A stretch of DNA of 64,000 bases, from positions 930,001 through 994,000 of the forward strand of contig MCFH01000003.1 in assembly GCA_002104945.1 (NCBI GenBank), read 5' to 3'. Under the pieces are notes generated by a model. That model did not search any database. It was not told where the DNA came from and worked only from the letters and a program-made list of their open reading frames with translations. This document shows positions 22,718 through 33,863 of this stretch, one piece after another; position 1 is the stretch's first letter; the number at the start of each line of letters is the position of its first letter. A program made the translations under genes and the position numbers. The stretch comes from Piromyces finnis finn (lineage: Eukaryota; Fungi; Neocallimastigomycota).

Positions 22718-23337
22718 TGTCATGAATATTAGTGGATTCATGATTATTTATTTAATTAGTGTTTTATTCGTTTAATTAATTAGAAATATTTTATTATAAA
22801 ACATAATTAAATAATATTTTAAGAAATATTAATTAATTATAATTATTAAGATTTTATATTTATTAAAGTTTGAATTAATATTTCTTTGTTCATTTGATTA
22901 AGAAGGAAATTAAAACTAAATTATAAAATAATCATTCCTTTTACAAATGATTGATAATATGACTTTTATAATTATTAAATTTAACACGAGTGAAAAGTCA
23001 TATATAATTAATATATAATTAATTTATAGAATAGTTAATTAATATAAATAATTAGTCATGTATTAAATTTAAAATGTATTCCTTAATATTAGAGATAGTA
23101 TAAATACTCGAGAAAATTCCTATCATTAGGAATTTCGAGAGTTCATTACATTTAATATTTACTCTAATTATAATAATAACTAATAAATAAAGATTTTTCT
23201 TTAAATAAAAATTTATTAATAAATAAAGTTAATAAAATATTATTTATTTAAAAATTTACTAATTCATTTATTTAATTAATTGATAAACTTAGGGTAAATA
23301 TGTACGTTCCGACCTAACTGAAGTGAAATCCTTAACA
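22718..23337. mobile_element. Putative solo LTR-D (620 bp)
   Basis: TGTCATGAATA...CCTTAACA between AAATT spacers; the same start sequence occurs at about 63965. Confidence 0.7.
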
Positions 23338-23342
23338 AAATT

Positions 23343-24521
23343 TGTCAAGAATAGAAGACGATTAAAAAATAAATTAAATATCCAAATAAACAATTAAAAA
23401 ATCAAATTTATATTTCAAAAATTATAAAACACTTTTAAAAATAATTAAAAAGATCACTTGGAAAAATTTAATATTGAAAAGGGTTAAGAATCACAAAAAT
23501 TTAATTTTCAATAAATTAACCCTTGAGAAGAAAATGTGCTATACGAAACTAATGATAACTTCTGAATCTCGTGTCCTATTTTCCTTTTCTAGAGAATCCA
23601 AATTAATTTTATTAGAAAGTACTATATTCTCACAAATTTTCAGCTAATTTAGACCACTAGTTCTTGAGATATAGTTATTTAAAGAATTAATTAGTTCCAA
23701 TAAATATATAATAATATATATTAAAATGATTAATATTAATTTATATAATTAAAGTCATTATTCAAGTCATCCAACTTTCTATAAATAATTCAATTTAAAA
23801 ATTCTCCATTATTATTAAATAAGGTTAGATAATAAATATTCTTGATTACAAACCTAATCAATTATAAAAATCAATTAATAATTTTGATTAATAACCTCAA
23901 TCATAATCAAACCAAAAAGCCTTTGGATCAAAAATCATTAGTTATAATTATTAATTAATTGATCATGAGAATATATAATTAGTATCAGTAATTGTTATTC
24001 TCAATTTATAATATTAAATATTTACAATTTAAAATGGTTAAAACAATACTTTTATTTTAAAAGTAATTTAAAAGATTAATCTTAAGATCTATCATATGAA
24101 TTCATATTATTAATATCAATATCAGTTATTAATACTTTAATTATTTTTATCTTTATTATCAATATTAATATCAATGTAATTTTATTATATGTAAGAAAAA
24201 AGTATTTAAACAAAGAATTGAAATCAATTTTGAAATTCTTTGTAAGATTATTAATTATTAATTATTAACTATAATATAACTTAATAAATATTATCTTAAT
24301 AAATAAATAATTAATAAACAAATTTCATAATTAAATTATATTAAGATTTTTATTTTAAATATAAAAACCTATTTAATTTTTAAATTAGTATTATTTAAAT
24401 TCTTTAATAAGTTCTGAGAAAAGATTTAATAATAAATAAGTTTAATATTTTATTGGTAAATTAAGTTATATTATATAAAACATTCTGACCAAGTTACATA
24501 CCAATCCTAGCCCACTTTACA
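23343..24521. mobile_element. Putative solo LTR-E (1179 bp)
   Basis: TGTCAAGAATA...CTTTACA between AAATT spacers; shares AAGGGTTA...TAACCCTT and CATTCTGACC blocks with LTR-C. Confidence 0.7.
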
Positions 24522-24526
24522 AAATT

Positions 24527-25554
24527 TGTCACGAATACTAGTGGAATCTGCAATTTCAAGATCACTTGAAATTGTGAAATTACTTATAAAATTTCAAAAT
24601 CAATAATATTTTATTTTCAAATAAATTATAAAATTATATTAAGAAATATTTAAAAAATTTAGAAAAGGTTAAGATATGACCTTAACCCTTAATAATTTTA
24701 TAACGAATAACTTTAACCCTTATCGTCAAAATTAAATAAGGAAAAACACGCGTATCTCCTTAACGAATGGCGATTTTTGGGAAATTATGGTTGGGAGATT
24801 GTGGGTTCGTTAGAAAGCCACGCTTGAGATAAACAACATATCTTAAAATCAGGTCGATATCTCTGCTGGTTCACGAGATATTCCAATTTAAAGATATTTT
24901 GTTAGTAATGATTAATTGTTTATTCAGAGAATGATCACCCCTGATGTATTGAACATAAATCATTCACCCAAAAGGATATAAATTATTGTTTTAATTAAAT
25001 TAAAATTATTTTCCGGAATTAATTAACTTTATTTTATAATAATTATTTCAATAACATAACTTATAATCTTTGAATTAAAAGATTATAATTATTAATATTA
25101 TATTCAATGAATTATATTATAATTAAGAAATAATTAATATTATAAATATATAAACAATAGTTATTTTTAATAATTAGTAATAAGTCTTAAGTTTAGCCTT
25201 AGTATTATAAAATATATTATGATTATAATCATGTATTAAAAAGTTATCTTATTATTAAATGTAAAATTACAATTAGTATAAATAGTTTAGGATAGTTTTA
25301 TGAATTAAATCTTTGTAAAGATTATTACCTTATTAATACTTAATAAGTATTACTATTAAATAATCTTATTATTATACATATTCTTTAAATAAAATAAAAA
25401 GAAATTATTTTAACCATAATACATAATTTAATTATTCATTTATAAAACAATTAAGATTATTTTAATAAAACATTTTTTCTAACCTAGTTATCTTTAATCT
25501 TTTATTTAATTTAATATTTTAATATTAAATTATAAGTTTAGTAAAACTTTTACA
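24527..25554. mobile_element. Putative solo LTR-F (1028 bp)
   Basis: TGTCACGAATACTAGTGG...CTTTTACA; start resembles LTR-D; LTR-G sequence resumes after it. Confidence 0.65.
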
Positions 25555-26345
25555 TTTAAGTTAACCCTAAAAGTAACTTAAAATAAGTTATAGTTTAATT
25601 AAGTACTTTACCAAAATTTTTAAATAAAATTAACCCTAAACACTTCATATATTTTGATTATTGAAAGAAAATAATAAACTTTAATTAATCGAGATCAAAA
25701 TATATAACTTTTGTTAAATTAATTGTTAAATTAAATGTTTAATAACTTCGTTAGTAAATTACACTTTAAAAGTAAACAAATATAATAATTCATGTTATAA
25801 AATAATATAATTAAACACCTTTATTAAAACATTAAAAATAATTATTACTTTAATTAATTGTAAAATAAACAACTTTTTATATTCTTTAACTTTTAATTAT
25901 TTCTTTTATTGTTATTTCTAATTACTTTTATTACTTTTATTGTAAACAGTTATTAATTTTATTGTTTTAATGTAAATGGTTTAAACTTAAAAGAAAATAT
26001 AAATACATGTAAATATTCTTATTTTAATCATTATTATTATTATTAATAAAAATTATTATATAGTTTAATTAATATTTTTATAATTTTAATAATCACTTTT
26101 ATAATTAAATGAATAAAATTTTAAATAATTAAATATTAGAAAAACGAGTGTTTCTAATAAAACAATTTAGTGTTTCTAATAAAACAATTTAGTGTTTTTA
26201 ATAAAACAACTTTATTAATTTTTATAAAAACAATTTTAAATTCTAATCCATATAACTTATATAGTTATACTCAAAGATATAATATAATAATCACTTTTTA
26301 AAGTAAAATTCAAAATTAAGATTATTATCAAATTATATCAATTTT

Positions 26346-27422
26346 TGATACGCTACTCACATAAAAACATAATAAAAACTAGCTGAATAAACACGACTTA
26401 ATCCATAGTAACTTATAATAAAAATAAACGATAATAACCCTTAAAAATGAATGAATAATAATTTTATGAAAATATAACCCTTTCTAAAATAAATAATATT
26501 CTCTTTATTATATAATAAATTCTGAGTAAAAACGACCTAATAGTGATAATAGTAAAATAAATTATTAAATAAAATAAAACGACTTAATCCAATAATGTAC
26601 TAAAATAATAAAATAATAATAAGTAAATAAAAAGGTATACATCAAATTATTAATTCTAGTGTTTATCCAAGTGTTCTTTAGAAATTCTCTTAAACTTATA
26701 AATTAATAAATAACTAATTGAGTAATTATTACTAAAATGATAAACTTAAAACCTGGAAATAGAACAATAATAACAATTCTAAATATAAAATACAGATCTC
26801 TTTTATGTTTCTGTATAAAATGAGTGTTTATAATAATTATACTTTTAATATTTTAATTTTGTTATATTTTTATTTTAATTTTATTTTAATTTTATTTTAA
26901 TATTATTTTAATATTATTTTAATTTTAAATTTTAATTATTTTATTTAAGGTATTATACATTTAATGATAGTCAATGATAATTTATAATAATTTTTCTAAA
27001 TTTAAACATTTTGAAGTAATAAGAAAATCAAATAAGTAATATTCTATAATATTTTATAATACTAAGACATAATTTTAATTTATTCTTTTAATTTTAATAA
27101 ATAATAACAATAGTAATAATAATATTTAATAGTTAAAAATAATAATACGTGTAATAAATGAAAATGTATAAAAGGAAGATAAAATTCTTCTTTATAAAAA
27201 TCGGACAATAAATAGAGAATAAAAAGACAATAAACAGATAATAAATAAATTATAAAATATAATAAAGATTTAATTTAAAACATAATAAGAGTTTATTTTC
27301 GAGTTTTGAGATAAAACATATTTTTTATTTTATTTTAAATTTATTGTTTCATCATAATAATATAGAATTTATTATTTATTAAAAACATTATATTATTCAA
27401 GAATATATCGGTCAACGCATCA
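26346..27422. mobile_element. Putative solo LTR-H (1077 bp)
   Basis: TGATACGC...GCATCA between two LTR-G copies; an internal segment recurs inverted at about 48760-48900. Confidence 0.55.
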
Positions 27423-27425
27423 TTT

Positions 27426-27951
27426 TGATAAATAATGAAATTAATAAATATAAAATTATTATTAAACCTGAATTAAGTTAACTCTAAAAGTAACTTGAAA
27501 TAAGTTATAGTTTAATTAATTACTGTACCAAAATTCTAAAATAAAATTAATCCTTAACACTGCATATGTTTTAATATTGAAAGAAAATAATAAACTTTAA
27601 TTAATCGAGATCAAAATATATAACTTTTGTTAAATTAATTGTTAAATTAAATGTTTAATAACTTCGTTAGTAAATTACACTTTAAAAGTAAACAAATATA
27701 ATAATTCATGTTATAAAATAATATAATTAAACACCTTTATTAAAACATTAAAAATAATTATTACTTTAATTAATTGTAAAATAAACAACTTTTTATATTC
27801 TTTAATTTTTAATTATTTCTTTTATTGTTATTTTTAATTACTTTTATTACTTTTATTGTAAACAGTTATTAATTTTATTGTTTTAATGTAAATAGTTTAA
27901 ACTTAAAAGAAAATATAAATACATGTAAATATTCTTATTTTAATCATTATT
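27426..27951 (+). mobile_element. Second LTR-G copy, lacking the C insertion, truncated by LTR-I
   Basis: TGATAAATAATGAAATT...ACCTGAATTAAGTTAAC; homologous to 21670-21715 plus 25555-26040. Confidence 0.75.
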
Positions 27952-29412
27952 TGTAAAAGTTTATAAAAAAACAGATTATAAAATTTTACAATAAAACATA
28001 AAACACGAAATAAATAAAAAGAAATAAGAAAAACAAAATCTATTTAAAAATATCTCTTTTATTAATTTTATTTAGTTATTAACTAAATAATAGTCAATAA
28101 CAATTACATCGTTTTAATCAAGAAATTTTACATGCATTTATATTTTTCGTAAATTATATTTTAATATACTATTCTATTTAATTATACATATATTCAATAT
28201 AAAATAAACAAAACTAATTTAATACTAATTTAATTAAATAATAAAATAATAAAACTAAACTAAAACTAATTAAATACACTTTTGATTCAATTTGAGTAAA
28301 CTGCAAATTGAATACAGTCCATGTATTACCTATATATTAATTAAATATTAACAATACTATTTATTATATATTTATAATTAAAAATGCTAATTTAAAACTA
28401 CGCTAAAGTGACCCTTAGCGTGGCAAGTTAAACTGCTGAACATAATACTTTGGTGTTCAGATATACTTGATAATTGGGGAAGATAATCAATTATTTTCTT
28501 TCCGCTAATTAATTTAGTGATTATAAAGAAATTAATTACGTTACTTCCTTTTATTAAATTTTTAAATTTAATATTAACCATCGGGTATATTTGTAGCTTA
28601 CCATCAAAGAGCTACAAGGGATTTTCACTTAAAATTACACAACCTATTATACTTGATGGTTTAACATTATATAGGTTGGTCTATATTTTTGTAAAAAGAA
28701 ATAAATTTTTAATAATTAAAAAAAAAAAAATTTTTTTTGGTTCCCAGTAATTTAATATTGCTAATTGAAATATACTTTTCTTACTGTTTTTAAGTTAAAC
28801 AGGTTATATCAGCATAGACAAGCCTTATTAACTAAACAACAGAGGTATAGTAGGGGTGGTAGAAAGATCCTGAAGCACGTGATGGAACTAAGATCGTGTG
28901 AATAGGGTGACGGCAACCTTCACCATCGGATGAAAGACTCTTAGTTAATAGTCTATTATATATAACTTGGTCGGTAATTTAAAGCAGTAATAACAGTATT
29001 AAATTAAGTTTCTTATTAATAGATTAATAAAATAAAAATAATAATTAAGTAAACTCTAAAAGAAAAAGAACAAGGAAGATAAAGAAAAATATAGTACTTT
29101 TATCATACGACTGAATTAGGATAGTAAGGAGTGATAATATTTTTTTACAAATAATTGGTAGTGCGTGTTGTGCTAAATCATTTGTATCCAAATCTATCAA
29201 GTGGTCGATAAAGGAACTTCGAGCTTGATTATAAATAATAAATAGTCGATAAAGGAATTTCGAACTTATAAAATTTTTTTTTTAGACTGTCAAAAGGGAT
29301 TTTTGAGTCTATACTGTTTCATCTGGTACTATAATCTATTCAGTCAAAGAAAAATAAAAGTGTAATATTTTAAGGGAATCGAAAAGTTATTAATAAAAAT
29401 TAAAAAAAGAAA

Positions 29413-30915
29413 ATGAGGAATTCTACTTGAAGAATCGATTTTAAAGAATTAAAGAAGGAACTCAAGGATATAGAAAAGCTTCCAAAGATAATTTGGACAT
29501 AAAATCCTGGGCTTCTGAAATACATTTATGTATTGAACTTCAAGACATCACTAGTGCAAAGGAAATTTATGTGGCATGTGTCCTTACTTCTAAAGGTGAA
29601 CCCAGAAAGGTAATACAAGGGTTAGAAGAAAAGGATAGTGATAGTGAAGATGACTATGAAAGTGAAAATGAAGAAGAAAACCAAGAAAATGAATCTAATG
29701 AAGAAGATTATCACTCACTTGGGAAAATTATCAATGCCCTTGAAACATTTTATGGGTTAAAAGAAAAATCAAAGTATGTTATTACGGGAACTAAGAAGAC
29801 TACGTATAAGAAGAAATGAATCAGTTAAAGATTTCAATAGAAGATATAGATCTTTATATTTAAAGTTGGATAAGAAAAAGAAGAAGCAGATTAGTGTGTT
29901 AGATTATGCAGATTTTTTACAAAATAATAAAGAAGCATGGAGAAAAGTATCTTTAAAATATGATATCACCCTAGAAAAGACCTTTAAGATAGCTGAGAGG
30001 GTAGATAGGTTATCTATGTAATATTGACACTAAAAGAATAGATTAGGATATCTATTCTATTACAATAACACTAAATTTAAAATAAAAATAAAAATTGTTT
30101 TATTAAAAAATATCTTTTATTATAATAGAAATTTTATTAATAACAATTACATTGATAAAATGATGAAAAATATCTTCTATTTATATTTTTCTTAAATACA
30201 TTTATATTATATTATAACTATTTATTTCTTATATATTATTATTTAAAATCTACACTAAAATCTTAATTATTAATAAATATTTTAACTATAACTATTTTTA
30301 GTAAAATACAATTTGCAATTCAAATTAAGTACTATTCAATTTGAATATGTGCCCATGTATTATTGATATATTAATTATTTATTATTTATATACTATTTAT
30401 CTATTTCTATAAAAAAACAATACTAAAACTAGGGATTTAAATTGAGAATTTCAATTTACTTGTTAAACATTAAAAATAAATTAATAATTTATTTTGTTTT
30501 AAATTTTAATTATTAATAAATAAATTATGTCTCATTTTCTTTTTCTGAATATAATTTGTGTAACTTAAATAATAATACTTGTGGCTAAAGTTACATTAAA
30601 AATATCAAGCTGAGGCGTTTGATATCTTTACAATCTACTAGAATAGATAATGATGGTAATATACCAACGACTACTGCAATAACCAAAAGTTATAATCATT
30701 TTCAACCATATAAGAGAAAAGTTTCTTTTACTGAAGCCAAAAAGCCTAATAAAGATGATGAAATGAATAACTTAGTCAAGAAAATGAAGAATTTAACTAT
30801 TAAAGCTTGTTTCTTCTGTATTGAACCTGGTCATTATCAACAAAATTGCCCAAAACTTCAAGCCATTATTGAAGGAAAAAAGAAGCGTTATTATGATAAT
30901 CATTTAAATCATTAA
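29413..30915 (+). pseudogene. gag: gag of element 3, unit 1 (unit 2 copy at 35310-36812)
   Basis: ATG AGG AAT TCT ACT TGA early stop, frameshift near 29770, LTR-J insertion; C-terminal CFFCIEPGHYQQNC. Confidence 0.88.
30017..30632. mobile_element. Solo LTR-J (616 bp) in gag (duplicate at 35914-36529)
   Basis: TGTAATATTG...CTTTACA with TSD ATCTA (30012-30016, 30633-30637); removal restores the gag sequence. Confidence 0.88.
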
Positions 30916-33863
30916 GTGTGAGAAGAAGTACTCCTATCGTCAATAAAATAGCTTCAGCTCAGTATCAGTCAATGTCAAGTGAAGAAACAACAAGCCAGAG
31001 TGATTGGTCGAAAGAAGAATATGATGAAGAAATCGAAAGTGACTTTGAAGATACTGATATTAATGAAAATTTCTTTGTATGCGCTAATAAAAGAAAGTTA
31101 GATAAAATAAGCAAAGAACAAGATGATAATAAAGAAAAACGACTTCACAAAAACTTGAAAAATGATCCTAGACCTATTCTTACACCTGATCTTAGGAAAT
31201 GTAAATCACAAGAATTAGAAAATATACCAATAGATGTTTCTTCTAAGCAACTGCATCCTTCTATTATTGCTCAACCGAATATCAGAGAACAAAAACTAAA
31301 AGAAAAAAAACTTCGGGATAAAGAGCGTGCCAGTAGCAGTGAACAAAAGGAAGAAGAAAAGAATGAATTGGCAAGTTCTAATGAAGATCCTATTATTATC
31401 GACTATGATGAAGAAGAAATGTTATCTGCAATTACAGATAAGAAAGGTGCTAAGGTGGTAGGGAAAGATAACTCAAGTGAATCAACCAAATCTACTTCTA
31501 ATTCAACTCTAAATAAATTAATGAAAGATCAAAAGAAAGAAAAACCTGCAGAACCGAAGGTTAAGAAAACTGCTAGAAATATCCAGATGATAGCAGATAC
31601 GGAAGAATATAATGTAGTTAAAGATCTTAACGAAACAAAATGCAATATTACTTTTGGTCAATTACTTAACTCGGCTTCAAAGTTACGAACGCAAGTGTCA
31701 CAAGGTCTTAAACTGGAAAAGAACAACACAAAAATTGTGGGAACTCTGGAGAATTTTAAGGCTACTTCGGTATTAGTAAATAATGTAGATCATTCGTATG
31801 TAAGCAAAAGTAAAGAAGTATCAGAAGAAGATATCGCTATGGTAGATGCAACGGTTGATGGGGTACCAGGTAAATTATTAGTTGATTCTTGTAGCAACTT
31901 AAGTATTATAACAAAAAAATATTTAGATAAACTTCCCCATCAATATGAATCTATTGGATTGAGTTGTGGAAGAATACGTTTAGCTACTAAAAATGATGAC
32001 TATTCGGAAGGCATAATTATTAGAGTACCGATCCAGATAAATGATCTTACAATCACTGCTGATTTTAGAGTGGTGGATAAAGAAGACCCCTTTTATGATA
32101 TGTTAATTAATTTGAAAACCCAAATGGATAACAACTTATTTATCCACCCACTTCGCTATAGTCTTTGCAGATTTAACTCAAATGGATTTATTGAAGATAT
32201 TGCTCCAATTAATAACAAATATGATGATGAAGAAAAGATTATGTGTATGATACGTAGAGTCGGTGATGAAGATTTTAAAAGTGATTTGAAAAATATTGAA
32301 GGTTTACCACCTTCAAAATATATTCACAATAAAAATTTTACTGAGACTCTTAATGAAAAGTATCGAGAACAAATTGTTCGGATATTGGAAGAGAATATTG
32401 AAATTATTGCTACTTCTTCTGAAGAACTAACATCTTCGAATTTAACTCCCCATAAGATTAATTTAAAGCCAGGAGCAAAGCCAATTAAACAAAGATCATA
32501 TAGGTTAGCCAAGTTCAAATCTGATATACTTAAGGAAGAATTGTCTAAATTGATTAATAAAAAGCTAATTGAGCCATCGTACTCGGAATGGTCTTCTCCA
32601 GTGGTTTTGGTTCCGAAGCATAATGGGAAATGGAGAATGTGCGTGGACTATCGAAGAGTTAATGATTTGTCTGAAAAGGATGCCTATTCAATTCCTTTTA
32701 TAGATGAGATATTTGATAGTTTACATGGTGCAACTATATTCACTACTATGGACTTATATTCCGGCTATCATCAAATCCTTATGGATGAAGAAAGCGTTGA
32801 ATTGACAAGTTTTACAACTAAGTTTGGTAATTACCAATTCAAGGTTATGCCTTTTGGTCTCACTGGAGCACCCGCTACATTTCAGAGGGAGATGAATCGG
32901 ATTCTGTTTCCGTTAATTGGAAAGTGTGTTTATAACTTCATTGATGATATTCTGATCTATTCAAAGAGTATTGAAGAACATATTGAACATATAAATCAAG
33001 TTTTAGCAATTTTCCGGAAAAACAAACTAAAAATCAATATTGAAAAATGTCATTTTATGCAAACTGAAGTTGACGTGTTAGGCCATCGTTTAACTACAGA
33101 AGGTCTTAAACCATTAGATAACAAAATCCAAGCTATAAAAAATTGGAAACCTCCTTCGAATATCCATGAATTAAGATCATTCCTAGGTTCAATTGGATAT
33201 TATAGAGATTTTATTCCTAATTATGCTAAACTTACTGCTCCCTTGTGTAAGTTGCTTAGAAAAGGTGTTCCTTTCAAATGGTGTAATGAACAACAAGAGA
33301 GTTTTATTATATTGAAAGAAAAGTTAATTAATGCGCCTATTCTGAAATTCCCTGATTTTGAGAAAGAATTTATAATCCGAACAGATGCATCGTATGAAGG
33401 AATCGGAGGAGTATTATTACAAAAGGAAGGTACCGATATTGAACATCCAATTCATTATATTAGCCGAAGTCTGACGAAAGCAGAAAAAAATTATGGAATT
33501 ACTGACTTGGAAGGGACTGCCTTATTTTACTGCATTACTAAATTAAAGCCTTATATAATGGGAAGTCCATTCAAGACTATCGTCTATACTGATCATAAAC
33601 CATTAATTGGATTATTTAAAAATAAGGAGTCAAACAATGCAAGACAAACAAGATGGTGTTTAACAGCTAGTATGCTAGGAGTTGATATTCGTTATGAACA
33701 AGGTAAAAAGAATGTTGTAGCAGATGCACTGTCTCGAATGAGAAATGACAAAGATAAGGAAGTGTTAGCTACTAAAATTAATAAAGGTATAGAAGAAACC
33801 ATGCTATCTAAGGTAATTAAAGAATTTGTTGAAGAAAAGTTCACCAAATGTAAAAGTTTATAA
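30900..33863 (+). CDS. pol: Truncated Pol (PR-RT-RH, no integrase), unit 1
   Basis: 981-aa ORF nearly identical to element 1 Pol up to EEKFTK, ending in a stop inside LTR-I. Confidence 0.85.
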   Translation, partial: SFKSLSVRRSTPIVNKIASAQYQSMSSEETTSQSDWSKEEYDEEIESDFEDTDINENFFVCANKRKLDKISKEQDDNKEKRLHKNLKNDPRPILTPDLRKCKSQELENIPIDVSSKQLHPSIIAQPNIREQKLKEKKLRDKERASSSEQKEEEKNELASSNEDPIIIDYDEEEMLSAITDKKGAKVVGKDNSSESTKSTSNSTLNKLMKDQKKEKPAEPKVKKTARNIQMIADTEEYNVVKDLNETKCNITFGQLLNSASKLRTQVSQGLKLEKNNTKIVGTLENFKATSVLVNNVDHSYVSKSKEVSEEDIAMVDATVDGVPGKLLVDSCSNLSIITKKYLDKLPHQYESIGLSCGRIRLATKNDDYSEGIIIRVPIQINDLTITADFRVVDKEDPFYDMLINLKTQMDNNLFIHPLRYSLCRFNSNGFIEDIAPINNKYDDEEKIMCMIRRVGDEDFKSDLKNIEGLPPSKYIHNKNFTETLNEKYREQIVRILEENIEIIATSSEELTSSNLTPHKINLKPGAKPIKQRSYRLAKFKSDILKEELSKLINKKLIEPSYSEWSSPVVLVPKHNGKWRMCVDYRRVNDLSEKDAYSIPFIDEIFDSLHGATIFTTMDLYSGYHQILMDEESVELTSFTTKFGNYQFKVMPFGLTGAPATFQREMNRILFPLIGKCVYNFIDDILIYSKSIEEHIEHINQVLAIFRKNKLKINIEKCHFMQTEVDVLGHRLTTEGLKPLDNKIQAIKNWKPPSNIHELRSFLGSIGYYRDFIPNYAKLTAPLCKLLRKGVPFKWCNEQQESFIILKEKLINAPILKFPDFEKEFIIRTDASYEGIGGVLLQKEGTDIEHPIHYISRSLTKAEKNYGITDLEGTALFYCITKLKPYIMGSPFKTIVYTDHKPLIGLFKNKESNNARQTRWCLTASMLGVDIRYEQGKKNVVADALSRMRNDKDKEVLATKINKGIEETMLSKVIKEFVEEKFTKCKSL

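Larger units (their letters stand above)
21670..26340 (+). mobile_element. LTR-G copy (segments 21670-21720 and 25555-26340) split by LTR-C/D/E/F
   Basis: Inverted homology to 2135-3950; ends ...AATTATATCA at 26340 with no PBS after it. Confidence 0.7.
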
